A stretch of 64,000 bases of DNA from Eledone cirrhosa (lineage: Eukaryota): NCBI GenBank assembly GCA_964016885.1, contig OZ024762.1, forward strand, positions 14,012,001 to 14,076,000. Reading direction: 5' to 3'. This document shows positions 27,901 through 41,838 of the stretch, piece after piece. The stretch's first letter is position 1. Each line of letters starts with the position of its first letter. Position numbers and translations under genes: made by a program. A model generated the notes under the pieces. That model did no database searches and was not told where the DNA came from. It saw only the letters and a list, made by a program, of their open reading frames with translations.

Positions 27901-30900
27901 TTTACTGTTACTGACGCCGGGATGATAAAAGGCAGATTTTGTCTCAAGCTGTGGTTCGATCATGGATCTCAAAGAGATGTAACCCAAACCAAATACCACA
28001 AAGATTTTGACTGACTGCATCCGTTTTCGCTACATGTTGGTCAACATTGATAATAATAATAATGGTTTCTTATTTAGGCTCCAGGCCAACAGTTTTTGGG
28101 GAGGGGAAAGTCAATTAAATCTACCCAGTATGTTACTGGTACTTCATTTTATCCACTCTGTATGAATGAAAGGCAAAGCTAACCTCGACGGGATTTGAAA
28201 GTATTTATATTAGTAATAATTTCTGATTTTCGGCATAAGGCCAAACATGTTTTGGGGAGGGGAAAGTCGATTAAATCTACCCCAGCGCATTACTGGTACT
28301 TTATTTTATCGACCCTGTAAGGATGAAAGGCAAAGCTAACATCGGCGGGATTTGAACTCCGGACGTAAAGGGCTGTAACTCTATGCCGCCAAGCATGTTG
28401 TCCGACGCTCTACCAAGAGTGCAAACTCATCAAATTTTGGCATAAGGCCATCAATTTTAACGAGATAGAGAGAATGGAAGTCATTTAAATCAAAAGTTGT
28501 ACCAGCCAGGGGCTTTATTTTATCGAACTATCGAACATCTATTAAATCGTACCCAGTGTATGACTGGTACTTTATCTTATCGATCTAGAGAAGATGAAAG
28601 GCAACATTAACCGCCCTGGGATTTGAACTCAGAAGGGAAAGAGCGGGGAATATATATACTAATAAATAAGTCAGCAGTTTCGCAGGAAGGGAAAGTCGGT
28701 GAACTCGAAACCAGTACATGACTGGTACTTTATTTTATCAACCTAGAATGTAACTGTACGGAAAGTAAAGTTGAGACCTCGCCGGGATTTGAACTCAGAA
28801 CGTAAAGAAGCGAAACAAATATCACATTGTATTTGTAATAATTCTAATTATTGGTCTTTATTTTATATCATAATATTTGAACTTCGGCTCAAAACCACAT
28901 TTTTTTGAGGGCGGGTTCTGTGTACAGCTCATTAAAATGACCCGTGTACGTAATTGCTTCATTATTTTTTTCTCCACCTTGATCCCTGTATAAAATAAAG
29001 CGGAGTTGGCTGAGACGCAATTTGAGCGCAGCTTTGCAAAATAACGTTACTGAGCACCAGAATCCTTATTAAACAGGTTTCTATCGATTCTGCGATCAGA
29101 AACACTCTTCGATAACAAGAATAATGGTGGGTGGTGGATTGTCAGAATCGCTAGTGTTAAGTTAAATGCTTTGTGGTATTTAATCCGGAAATTTTCGTCT
29201 TGAGGTAAAATAATACCGTGATCAAATATGCATTTTCTCCTTCAGGGTCGAAAGAATAAATTATGAATAAAGTACTGAAGTAGATATGATTTTTGAATCT
29301 CTCTCTCCAAACATCTGATCTTGTGCTTATCTTAATAAAAAAACAACTTATATAAGGTGCTGAGTGGAGGACTGGTGAATTTATTTAAAAAAATAACAAC
29401 AATAATGGTTTGGTTTATGCATAAGGCCGACAAAATTTGGTTAGTCAGAGGTAAGTCGATAAAATCTACCATATTTCACTCTCAATGCTTGGGTCAACGC
29501 GAAGCTAGGGTTAAGACACTTGCTTAAAATACTTGGCAGAGATATCAAACACCGCAATTCATTTCATGATTGCGTAGGAAACTTCTTAACCAAACAGCCA
29601 TGCCTATCCTTGCAAGAATAAATAGGAGTATTAGTCAGGTACATACCTCCTTTAAAATATTGTAGTGTTTTGCCGAAGTAATAGAAACGGCTTTTTTTTT
29701 TTTTTCGGTTCTTTTTTTTTCTTTTTCTTATCGCCATGTGGCCGGGAGCTCGAAAATTAATTATACCTTTATAAGAAATTTGTTTAAAAATTAGAATTCG
29801 AGAAGGATTTGGGGGGGGTGAAACATCGAACGTAGTAATGTAAATATTTCAACGAAACCGGAGAGTTTGGCAACCAAAAAGTCGATGCCGGAAGAATTTA
29901 AACTCAGCGCATAATTTATCGAGAGTAATAACAACATAACTTAACTGAGTCCAGCGCTGTACTAGTTCTGTCTATTTACAATGCGCAGGCGCATTTTAAT
30001 ATACATATATATATATATACGTGTGTGTATGTCTGTGTGTGTATAGAGTTCAAACGTTGGCACAGATTTTTTTTTAAATATCCAAAGAAAGGGTTAATAG
30101 TTATCATATATATATATATTTTTTTTTGTTTCGGTTTAATCAATGTTGCTCCCTCTGAACATACGTTACCTCAGACCCAAGTATTTCACTGGTACTTATT
30201 GATATAAATAACGGACCTTGGGAGAAGAAAGGCAATGTCAATGGTCTCTGCGGGATGTGAACTCGGAAAGGCAATAAACAGTACTGAAAGACATTGTCTA
30301 TATAAGTCTATATCATCAGTCAACCCGCCACCTGTTATCTTTAATGTATAACTGTTTCTACTTTTGGCACAAGGCCAGCAATTACCCAGTGTATTACTGG
30401 TACTTTATTTTATCGACCCCGTAAGGATGACAGGCAAAGTTAACCTCAGCGAGATTTGAACTCATAATGGCCGTAACTCTTTGCGTCAAAGCATGGCGTC
30501 CGACCCTCTACCGATTCTGCCAATCCACCGCCATGTTTAATATATAACAATGAAATTTGAGAGTGTAGTCGTCCCTATGTAGATGATTATAACAATAGTC
30601 AAAGAATGTATATATAGTAGTTGATTTATAAGAATTGTGGCACAAACACCAAAGGCTTCAGTGTGTATGTATGTGTGTTTTTAGATGTATCTGTGTGTGT
30701 GTATGTGAATGTATGTTTGTGTAGGCGTATGTATGTGTGTGTGAGGTGTGTGTATGTGAATGTATGTCTGTGTAGGCGTATGTGTGCATGTGTGTGAGAG
30801 ATAGTGTATGTATGTTTTTAGATGTGCGTGTATGCGTATGTATGTATGTGTGCATATGTGTGAGAGATAGTATGTGTGTGTGTATGTGAATGTGTGTCTG

Positions 30901-33300
30901 TGTATGCGTATGTATGTGTGAGAGATAGTGTGTGTGTTTTTAGGTGTGTGTATGCGTATGTATGTGTGCATATGTGTGAGAGATAGTGTATGTGTGTTTT
31001 TAGATGTATCTGTGTGTATGTGAATGTATATATGTGTGTGCATGTGTGAGAGATAGTATGTGTGTTTTTTAGATGTATCTGTGTGTGTATGTGAATGTAT
31101 GTCTGTGTAGGCGTATGTATGTATGTGTGCATATGTGTGAGAGATAGTGTATGTGTGTTTTTAGATGTATCTGTGTGTGTGTATGTGAATGTATGTCTGT
31201 GTAGGCGTATGTATGTATGTGTGCATATGTGTGAGAGATAGTGTATGTGTGTTTTTAGATGTATCTGTGTGTGTATATATTTATATGTGGGTGTGTATGA
31301 GCGTGTCGGGTTTTATGAAGGGTGTGTGCTTTTATATAGTATCGGCCTCGGTCGGGGACAGGAGAGGCAAAACGTAAACCTCGATAGGATTCGATTTCAG
31401 AATATAGAGGAACGTAACTTAACACATCAAGGCATTTTGTCAGGCGCTTTATCGAGTCTTGCTCAAGAATAACACCCAACCCAGTCCAGGAATCGAACCC
31501 TCGACGTTATGATCGTTAGTCCAACACCGTTACCACTAGGCCACCCGCCTCCACCATGGACCGGATGTCCTCTCCATTACAGGGTTAAACCCCCAGCTAT
31601 TGCTGGTACTCTTTTTTTTTTTTAGCTGAGTCTACTGGAACAAACTTGAAATGAAGTGTTTGGCTCAAAAACACAACACAGAACCCACTCCAGGAATCGA
31701 ACCCATGAAATTACGATCGTAAGTCCAACACATTTACCACTAGGCCACGATAACATCCATCCCCAATATTTTACTGGTACTTTATTCTATCGATCCTGTG
31801 CCCCCCCCCCCCCACACACACACAAGGATGATAGGTAAAGTTAAATGCGACACTAACTGAACTCAGAACGTACTGATGCATTTTTGGTAATATCCAATTA
31901 TATCGTTGCCACGATATTACTGGTACTTTGCGTTAAAGATCCCTCCCCCCTACCCGGGGGGGGGGGGTAGTATGAAAGGCAACGTCGACCTCGCTCCCAC
32001 CCCCTACACTCGGTTGGAGTATGAAAGGCAACGTTGTCCTTGGCAGGATTTGAACTCGGATTGGAAACCATCCGGAACAAATTATACCAGGTGCATTAGA
32101 TTTTTTGGGGGTGGTGGGGGGGAGAAGCAGTCGGAATTATATATCACCCCAACATATAACTGGTACTTATTTTATCACTACGCCCAACCACAAACCCAAA
32201 CACCCCACCCACCCCTCCACCACCAGAAGGATGAAAGGCAATTATATAACTTCGGTGGGATTTGATAGCAGAACATTAAAAAAAAAAGCTGGAACGAATA
32301 CCGCAAGGCATTACAGAAACAGTCGATTGTATAGAACCCCCAACATATGACTGGTAACGTTTTCTTTATTGTTTTTTTTTATCGTCCCTTGGGAGGATGG
32401 AAGGCAAAGTTGACCCCTGTGGGATTTGAATTCGAATTCGGAACATAAAGGGACGATATACAATATGGCAAGGCATTTTATTCCAAGCTTCAACAATTCT
32501 GCCAAAGGTTTCTAGCGTCGATACAACGACAGAGGGGGAAGAGAGAGAGAGAGAGAGGGGAGAGAGAAAGTAGAGGGCAAGAAGGGTGGGTGGGTGAGTG
32601 TTTGAGCGGGAGGAGGAGGCATTGTAAGCCTGAAGGACTTGGTCTTGAACATGTTTTTTTTTTTTAACAGTCTTCCCAGAAACGTCTTTTAGATAAATTT
32701 AACCATGTCGAGATTTGAACTTACAATTAAAAAAATTGTTTTTTTAAATGGAAAAAGGTAAAATAAACGAGAGAGAGAGAGAGGCAGAAAGCATGTCTTG
32801 GTGGGTGGGTAAGCGGGAAGAGGGATTGTTACCCTGAAGAACTTGGACTTGGAAATATATTTTTTTTAACATTCCCCCAGAAGGGGGATTAAGATAAATT
32901 TAACCACAGAGAGATTTGAACTCACAATTTAGGAAAAAAAAAAAAAAAAAAAGAAAGAAAAAAAAATATGAAAAGATGGAAAAAAACAAAACATGTCGCT
33001 AAACAGTGCAAGGTGTGTAGACCGATGCTCTTCCGAGTCAGCTAATTCTTCAGAACTTATGAGATATAATTGATTTTAACAACAATAATAATAGTAGTAG
33101 TGGTAGTAGTAGAATAGTAGAAAAGTAGGTAGTTCCAGTAGTAGTAGTAGTAGTAGTAGGTAGTTCCAGTAGTAGTAGTAGTAGTAGGTAGTTCCAGTAG
33201 TAGTAGTAGGTAGTTCCAGTAGTAGTAGTAGGTAGTTTCAGTAGTAGTAGTAGGTAGTTGTAGTAGTAGTAGTAACATTATTAGGGAAAAAAAAATATAA

Positions 33301-33331
<31 letters not shown>

Positions 33332-33791
33332 GTTTCGGATTTAGGCACAAGGCCAGCAATTTTGAGGGGGAGAAAGTCGATTAAATCGACCCCAGTGTAT
33401 TACTGGTACTTTATTTTATCGACCCCCGTAGGATGAAAGGCAAAGCTAGTCTCGGCGGGTTTAGAACATCAGAACGTAAATGGTCGTAACTCTATGCCGC
33501 TAAGCATGTTGTTCGACACTCTACTGATTCTGCTGCCAATCCATAGTAGTAGTAAAACCATATACAAATTCTAAAGGTAACATAATAATTGTTCCTGTTT
33601 TTGTTATTGTTGCTGTTGTTGTTGTTGTCTTATTCTTTTTTGTTTGGTTCATGTCATTTATTTTTAAGGAAAATAGGTTGGGGGAGGAGGGAGATTATTG
33701 GGTGGTGGTGGTGGTGGTGTAGTTTTTAGGGGAGAGTGGGGGTGATGGTAGGAGGGTGAGTGGGGGAGGGAAGGGTATGGTGGCGGTGTGG

Positions 33792-34228
33792 CTACGTGTG
33801 TTGCCATCTATTGGTGACAGCCAGCAACAACAACAAGAAAACTGTCAAGAATACATGTCTGTCCAGTGACCTAAAATTGGCGGCGGCGGTGTGTCTCTGC
33901 GCCGCCGCCGACGTTATTGAGTACTCGGAGTGACCACCGGCCAACCGGGAAGTCGTTGTCCGTGGGGTGGCGAATACCGGCCTGGAGTGTGTAGCCGGTA
34001 GCCCCTTGTGGCGCCGAGGTATGACAAACTCCACCGGCGTTGTGTGCAGGCGGGGCGGAATCGTGTGAAGTGTTCGAACCCGGGCTGCATTCGTCGAAGA
34101 ATGCGTTGAGGATCGCTCTTTGTCGTTCAACAACAAAAAGCGTTCCACAACGTGAATGATGCCATTTGAGGCCAGAATATTCGCCTTGATAATTCTGGCT
34201 TGGATTCCATTCCAAACCAAGTAAGTTC
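33792..34228 (-). CDS. Fasciclin (FAS1) domain protein, terminal coding exon (H2 motif, S/T/P-rich stalk, hydrophobic C-terminus)
   Basis: Acceptor tttcttttctttctttattacag, phase 1, reading (G)TYLVWNGIQARIIKANILASNGIIHVVERFLLL. NILASNGIIHVV is the FAS1 H2 motif. Ends ...HVFLTVFLLLLLAVTNRWQHT-stop, which is GPI-signal-like. No upstream exons found in the window. Confidence 0.9.
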
Positions 34229-34328
34229 CTGTAATAAAGAAAGAAAAGAAAATTAAACAAATAAACTATAACAACTATATAATATATAATATAATATAAG
34301 ATCAAAAGATGGTTAAAGGAGTTCCATA

Positions 34329-34399
34329 TATTTTATTATGCGCATTTCAAAAACAAACATCATCATGCAATAATATTTGTGTTTTCATCAGATAAAACA
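34329..34399 (-). ncRNA. Minimal type I hammerhead ribozyme, intronic and sense to the FAS1 gene
   Basis: Minus strand TGTTTTAT-CTGATGA-AAA c ACAAATATTATT(GCAT)GATGATGTTTGT t TTT-GAAA-TGCGCA-TA-ATAAAATA: 8-bp stem I, ~15-bp stem II, palindromic stem III, AUA site. Confidence 0.8.
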
Positions 34400-34499
34400 G
34401 GAGAACATGATATGAAGGCTAAAAAACACTTGTGGATAGTGCAGTTTTAAATCAACATATTGCTTTATTGTACTACAATAAAACTCACCTCCTACATTA

Positions 34500-34540
<41 letters not shown>

Positions 34541-34543
<3 letters not shown>

Positions 34544-34732
34544 AACGAGTAGGACCCCAACGGCTGAGCTCAAGCCGTTTCGACGGCTAATTCAGTCCAG
34601 AATTGCCCGTCGAAACGGCTTGAGCTCAGCCGTCGGTGTCCTACTCGTTCCTATTACCCACTCTACTACCCTAAGTATTGAGTACTTTGGTGCGTTATGG
34701 TCCACCTGGTTCCTTACCATATTTCCTTCGTT
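34541..34732 (+). mobile_element. Short (TA)n-inserted hairpin element with a 3' half hammerhead and an 80-bp tail. Other copies: 35245-35436, 41288-41479, 48279-48415, tail only 39521-39601, arm only 49511-49570, diverged 57233-57375
   Basis: Shared tail tattacccactctactaccctaagtattgagtactttggtgcgttatggtccacctggttccttacca, preceded by GAAAC-GGCT(TGAGCTC)AGCC-GTC and an inverted copy of variable length. Confidence 0.85.
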
Positions 34733-34760
34733 ATATATATATATATATATATACATATAT

Positions 34761-35211
34761 ATGGAAAGTTATATTTAAATTGTTGGGTTAACAACGAGTA
34801 AATATTTATAACTGATATAAAAGCAATCAACAAGTATTTGGAGTATATATATGATATTAAATAAATGGAAACTATATTTATAAAACCATATTTATTTCGT
34901 TATATACATTTCAGGGATATCATATTAACAATATGTTATGCCTTCTTCAGAGAAAATACAATATAAACAGTCTTATAAATAAATAGATACGACATACCTT
35001 TCAATCACCTTGCATTTGGGAGGTTGATTTGGCAGTCAAATCAACCTCCCAAATGCAAGGTGATTGAAAGGTATGTCGTATCTATTTATTTATAGACTGT
35101 TTATATTGTATTTTGTCTGAAGAAGGCATAACATATTGTTAATATGATATCCCTGAAATATATATAACGAAATAAATATGGTTTTATAAATATAGTTTCC
35201 ATTTATTTAAT

Positions 35212-35216
<5 letters not shown>
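34761..35216. mobile_element. Fold-back element with ~183-bp inverted arms, an HHR in each arm and a ~90-bp unpaired tail
   Basis: Arms 34851-35033 and 35035-35216 are near-perfect reverse complements. HHRs at 34893-34958 (-) and 35109-35174 (+). (TA)n flanks. Confidence 0.85.
35109..35174 (+). ncRNA. Minimal type I hammerhead ribozyme
   Basis: TATTTTGT-CTGAAGA-AGG c ATAACATAT(TGTTA)ATATGATAT c CCT-GAAA-TATATA-TA-ACGAAATA. Confidence 0.75.
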
Positions 35217-35247
<31 letters not shown>

Positions 35248-35435
35248 AACGAGTAGGACCCCGACGGCTGAGCTCAAGCCGTTTCGACGGCTAATTCTGG
35301 ACTGAATTAGCCGTCGAAACGGCTTGAGCTCAGCCGTCGGTGTCCTACTCGTTCCTATTACCCACTCTACTACCCTAAGTATTGAGTACTTTGGTGCGTT
35401 ATGGTCCACCTGGTTCCTTACCACATTTCCTTCGT

Positions 35436-35494
<59 letters not shown>

Positions 35495-35653
35495 GATAAC
35501 AAGTTATCGTTATAGGTAATCCAGTTAGAGGTTGTGAATGCTCTGCAACCTCAGGCGATTAGCGAACTCTAGACTCACCTGATCAACGAAACAATTGTCA
35601 GTTATTTAAATAAAGCCTTTATTGTACAGCCAACCATGTTACTCTTCATTCTT

Positions 35654-35703
<50 letters not shown>

Positions 35704-36135
35704 GTGTGTGTGTGTAAGTTTAGTATATACATATATTTATTTAAGTTTAGTAGTTTACCACTGAATTGAACTGGTCATTCCGTATATTTAATCGTGATGT
35801 AATAGTAGAAAAGTATTCGACGTTAAGCAACTCATCCATCCACCCATCTCTCTCTCTGTATGTGATGGAGCTCGCATTACATAATATTACGACAGAAATA
35901 AATATGTTAATACAACTGTTGTCCTGTTCTCTGCCAAGTCTAAAATAACCCAAGATGTTCTTAAATTCCCTCAGGAGTCTATGGGTCCATACATACTTTT
36001 AAGAAACTCCCCCTATCCTCAGATATTCTGCCATTCTCCCAATTCTGTCAATTATATTATGATTTTTATTCTTTAGTTATCTTTAATTTTTGCAATCAGG
36101 AATATAGTGGATCAGAGGCATTGGTAGAGCGTTGG

Positions 36136-36353
36136 GCAGATTTTACGGGTAAAACCAACTGGAAGGAGACACAGGGGTAGACCGCGAGCAAGATGTTTGG
36201 ATAACATCCATGAGCTTGGCTGGTCTCGCTTGGGGAACCAACCTGATCAGTTGGAGACGGTTACTTCTGACAGGACTAGTTTGGAGGGACTGTTTGACGC
36301 CCCCCCCCCCCCGACCCTCTCAGGAATAAGTGGGAGATGAGAGAAGAGAGAAA
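36136..36353 (+). mobile_element. RTE-like LINE 3' fragment nested in a SINE head
   Basis: Reads VKPTGRRHRGRPRARCLDNI...SDRT. Flanked by a 13-bp duplication ggtaga(g/a)cgttgg at 36123-36135 and 36354-36366. Confidence 0.75.
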
Positions 36354-37254
36354 GGTAGAACGTTGGATAAAATGCAATTGTGCTATGTGTTCTGGCTCTT
36401 TACATACTGAGTTCAAATCACGCCGAGGTCGTCTTTGCTTTTCATTTTCTTAGGTTCATAAAATCAATAACAGGGAAGTGATTGTGTGCATTTTATCGAC
36501 TGTGCCCTTTACTCCCAAGATTTTCTGGCCTTTTGCCTAAAGTAGATAGAATTCCCTCACTATAAACCTCTCAATACGTCTCACGTTTTTGCATTTTTTT
36601 TCCTGTTGGTTTCGTTTTACAAACACCGTTTGCTGCTATGTAAATAAACCCCGACTTAGAATGCTTGTGGTTGCGATAGAATTGATAATGTGACCGTTTT
36701 CATCGGAGCCTCTTGTCAATATCAAAAGCACCAGCTAGCGGAAGTACTCTATCAATTTGACATAACTTCCGTAGGTGCTTCACAGTGGTCAGCTGTTACA
36801 CAGGGTGGGTTGCCTATATACAATCTTTGTGCGCTTGGCTATCGAGAGTTAACTTCATCGCTGCAATGGACGCATCGTTGATTTGGTGTAACCGGAAACA
36901 GACGGTAGAAAATGGCGTCTACTGGCTGCTTATATGATACCCTACCAAACTGACCAAATACTGTAGTTATTGTTATTGTGTTTAATACTATATCATACCA
37001 GATAAAACTGGTCTATCATCAAAGGCATTCTCGCCAAGACCTGACTCCATTTTTTTTTTATGAAGGAAATTTGGTTGCTATTTCTAGCAATTCACAAGCC
37101 AGAGCAGCCAAGCTCATGGATGTCATCTACCCATCACACTGTGGGTGGGTCTACTCCTGGGTCTCCTGCCAGTTGTGTTTGACCGTAAAATCTTTCCAGC
37201 CTCCTAAAACTCTATTTCTTTGGAGATACGAAATATTTATATATATATATATAT

Positions 37255-37755
37255 ATAAAATATTAAAAAAATAATGAATAAAACAATGAAACAGTTCCTT
37301 ATATTAAACAAAAAAAGTTCATTATTTAACGATCGTTTCTAGGATATATATGTGTTAGATCTGTTGAATATGCATGCCAATTCTATGTACAAAATTATAC
37401 AAAATTATACAAACTATCAAAATTAAATATACATACCAACACATATATATGCCGTCTTCAGAAATAATTATTTTGTATAATTTTGTACATAGATCTGTTG
37501 AATATGCATGCCAATTCTAACACATATATATCCTAGAAACGATCGTTAAATAATGAACTTTTTTTGTTTAATATAAGGAACTGTTTCATTGTTTTATTCA
37601 TTATTTTTTTAATATTTTATCTTGACTCTGTATTCCGTTTATCTTTCACCGAAAGTGATTTTTCATTGCATCTCTTCTTTCCATGATATCCGGATTACAT
37701 TGAGTTCTTCATACGGATTGGACACTACCGTAAACTCTTGGTAGATTTATCTACA
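37255..37755. mobile_element. Fold-back element with a long-stem-II hammerhead on the minus strand (37321-37468)
   Basis: Arms ~37255-37403 and ~37470-37620. Minus strand ATTATTT-CTGAAGA-[~115 nt closed by ATATATATGTGTTGG/CTAACACATATATAT]-GAAAC-GATC-GTT-AAATAAT. (TA)n flanks. Confidence 0.7.
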
Positions 37756-37983
37756 TAATATATATATATATATATATTCATTCATATATATTATTATTTG
37801 TCTGACCCGAATTTTATTGGTCGTTTTTTTCGGCTGTGCGAATGAATGTTTAAGCATCGTCTCAGTGTGTTGGTATTTAAACGTTAGTTATAGCTCTGGT
37901 TTATCCAAACTATTGAGCACTTTGCCACGCATTTCGAAGATGGTGTTTCGTTATTTCGTGGGCCGAGATTCCGATTCTCGATA

Positions 37984-38046
<63 letters not shown>

Positions 38047-38701
38047 TGTGTGTGTGAGTAACTTTCAGTGTTCACACAGGAAAGAAACACAATATTTACA
38101 AGGTACAAATTTATGCACCAAAATTTTATTAACTGAAAATTGACCTGAAGCCAAGAATTTTCATGCATAAATTTAGCATCCGTATAAATTTCTACATCCT
38201 CTCACAGCTGACTTATCTCCCCCTTGTACAGTTTCACCCTATTACAAGTTATGTTGTCGGCATTCCAAAACGTAGACTAACAGACGTCTTTATCACAACT
38301 AATTTGTATCTTGGCTCCACCCATCTGAAATAATTCTTATGAATGGATTCTGCACCAATTTCTGATAACGAAGTGAATGGGTAGAATTTTCGGCAAAACT
38401 TTTCAGTCCACACACATATATATATATCTATGTTTGTGTGTGTGTGTGTGTGTGTATATATGTATGTGTGTGTATATATGTGTGTGTGTGTGTGTATATG
38501 TGTGAGTCTCTCTCTCTCTCTTTCTATATATATATATATATATATTTCGATTAATAAATAAAATTATTAATCATATTCTCTGACAAACGCCCGCTTTCTT
38601 TCTATTCGTAACCTCGTATAGCTTAACATGTATATTATAACCATCTATCTATGTAAGTTTATCTTCCACAATATCTCTCTCTCTGTCTCTACACACACAC
38701 A

Positions 38702-38796
<95 letters not shown>

Positions 38797-39225
38797 CAAG
38801 CCCAATTCTATTCTATCAGATCTTCCTTTATAATGATCCACATGCCATTACCATTAACAATCTCCATTGTTTTCAAACACAGACAAAAACATATATATAT
38901 ATATATAGGCATATATATATATATATATAGGGAAAAGCGGACGTAAAAATATATATAGGTATATATATATTTATATATATATAAGGAAAAGCGGACGTAA
39001 AAATATATATATATATATATATGTATATGTCTAATGGTAGCTAAGATGCTTCCATAGGTGGTATGCCGGTTCATCATGCTCCGAAATCAATAGATGTGTC
39101 CGAAGAATCTGCGAGGTTAGAGTCAGGTCGATCCACACAATGATTGCGACTCGAGCTGTCCGCCGGGGAAACAATTGTAAGACACAATAAATTGAGTTCC
39201 GATGCATCACTGATTTTTCGTTTTC

Positions 39226-39399
<174 letters not shown>

Positions 39400-39494
39400 G
39401 TATGTAAGTACGTCAGTATATACGTAGTTAGCAAAATAGCATTCTGGGTATGAACACATTTTGTGTGTATTCAGACACACAGACACACACACTC

Positions 39495-39525
<31 letters not shown>

Positions 39526-39599
39526 CCCACTCTACTACCCTAAGTATTGAGTACTTTGGTGCGTTATGGTCCACCTGGTTCCTTACCACATTTCCTTCG

Positions 39600-39630
<31 letters not shown>

Positions 39631-39633
<3 letters not shown>

Positions 39634-39810
39634 TGAGGACGACATACATATGTGAAGGTATGTATATTCCCTCGGATAATTTGTAATATTTTTACATAGA
39701 TCTATATGATATACATACCAACACACATATACATCCCAGAAACGATCGTAAAATGATGAATTTTTTATTATAAGGAACTTGTTCTTTGTTTTTATTTCAT
39801 TGTTGTTATT
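39631..39810 (+). mobile_element. 5'-truncated relative of the 37255 element with an HHR core
   Basis: TT-CTGAGGA-[~100 nt with GGTATGTATAT/ATATACATACC]-GAAAC-GATC-GTA-AAATGATG. Downstream tataaggaact..gtt..ttgttttt matches 37570-37600. Confidence 0.65.
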
Positions 39811-39814
39811 AATT

Positions 39815-39871
<57 letters not shown>

Positions 39872-40027
39872 ACTCTTTCCACACAATCACCAGTCTAATT
39901 CTTGTGCACTTATTTATGGATTCCACCAAAACTATCATCCCCAGCACCGCGACAAACGTCATCACTACTAGCACCACCATCACCACAACCACCATCGTCA
40001 TCACTACCATATGATCCTACAGTATCA

Positions 40028-40072
<45 letters not shown>

Positions 40073-40267
40073 AGATCTGTTGACCCTAGCAATGCACCTG
40101 ACGGTGTATTGCATAAATCATGGTGTCCATAAGCTGGAACGGTAACTGGAAATCACTGACCTCGGCTGTTTCCGTACACCTTCGGTTTTACTACTTACTG
40201 ATCTACTTGTGAATAGAAGGGACTGCTGAATAATTTAACCATCTCATACATACATACATACATACAT

Positions 40268-40319
<52 letters not shown>

Positions 40320-40323
40320 GTAT

Positions 40324-41222
40324 GCAGTGTTCCTGCTGGCAGCCGATTTCGTACTAAGGCGAATGGATGAAGGACCCAGTCGAGGAATGCCATGGAGAGG
40401 GCAGTCGAGGCTGAGGTACCTGGCATTCGCCGACGACATCGCTTTGATCACTGAAAACAGTGCAGATCTGCAGGCCCTAACAACTTCCCTACAAGAGAGT
40501 ACGGAAAAGATCGCCCTGAGAATCAACACCAAAAAGACGAAGGTCATGAGAACGGTCAGCAACACGGCTCCAGTGATCAGAGTCAACCAACAGGACCTCG
40601 AGCAAGTCGATCACTTCACCTATCTGGGCAGTATCCTGACAAGCAGCGGCGACGCGGAGCTCGACATCAACTGTCGGATCGGCAGAGGAGCCGCAGTTTT
40701 ACAGCGGCTGTGCCCAGTCTGGTCGTCTTCATGCATTGGCACCAAGACGAAGCCCCGCCTGTACAAGAGCATCGTGCTGCCGACAGTGCTTTATGTGAGC
40801 GAGACCTGGAAGAGTACGGCAAAAATAGAGAGACGGCTGAACGCTTTCCACCAGCGGTGCCTGCGAAAGATCCTTCGTGTGTCCTGGTGTGACCGAGTGC
40901 GAAACGAGGAGATCCTGCGGAAAGCCGAGTCGTGGACGCTACAGAGAGTCGAGAGTGGTCACGGAGCGTCGGTGCCGTCTGGCTGGCCGCCATATTCTGC
41001 GTCTGCCAAATGAACGGCATTCGAAGACAGCGATGAACTGGACTCCGCCTGGCGGTAAACTGAGGCGGGGGTTGCCCAAGGATCACCTGGTGGACGATCG
41101 TTCCGGAAGGACCTGATGGCAGCCAACATCCCCTGGCACGGTCTCGAAAAAGTTGCCGCTGATCGTCACCGTTGGCGGGTACTTACTGCTCGATGCACCG
41201 TACGGCGCGGAAGAATCTAAGA
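40324..41222 (+). mobile_element. 5'-truncated RTE-clade LINE (RT C-terminal half and tail), frameshifted
   Basis: LRYLAFADDIAL, LRINTKKTKVM, VDHFTYLGS, LYKSIVLPTVLYVSETW, AFHQRCLRKILRVSW, then WTPPGGKLRRG in another frame. Inserted in (TA)n. Confidence 0.93.
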
Positions 41223-41257
41223 CTAGTTGTATGCAGTATATATATATATAACTACAG

Positions 41258-41288
<31 letters not shown>

Positions 41289-41476
41289 AAAAAGTATGAC
41301 CCCGACGGCAGAGATCAAGCCGTCGTAACGGCTATTTCTGAGTCCAGAAATAGCCGTCGTAACGGCTTGAGCTCTGCCGTCGGGGTCATACTTTTCCCTA
41401 TTACCCACTCTACTAGCCTAAGTATTGAGTACTTTGGTGCGTTATGGTCCATCTGGTTCCTTACCACAATTCCTTC

Positions 41477-41524
<48 letters not shown>

Positions 41525-41574
41525 AAGGTATACACATGTATTTAAACTTGTTAGCAGTTGTATGTGTATGTATG

Positions 41575-41622
<48 letters not shown>

Positions 41623-41712
41623 TACACACATACATGTGTGTGTGATTGGAACTATACTCAAACACACGTACGTGTCAAAAAGGAAAAGAACCCGGTTTAC
41701 CGTGTATGTATA

Positions 41713-41758
<46 letters not shown>

Positions 41759-41838
41759 TGTATGTATGCATGTATGAATGTACTTGTGTGTGTATGAACC
41801 CATGGGGTATTGTAGTGGGGGGGGGGGGGCGTAGTTAC

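Noticed and set aside
35760-35860. Possible extra FAS1 exon with a gtaaac donor
   Set aside because: Stop codon in the required phase, and the three accepted exons already join in frame.
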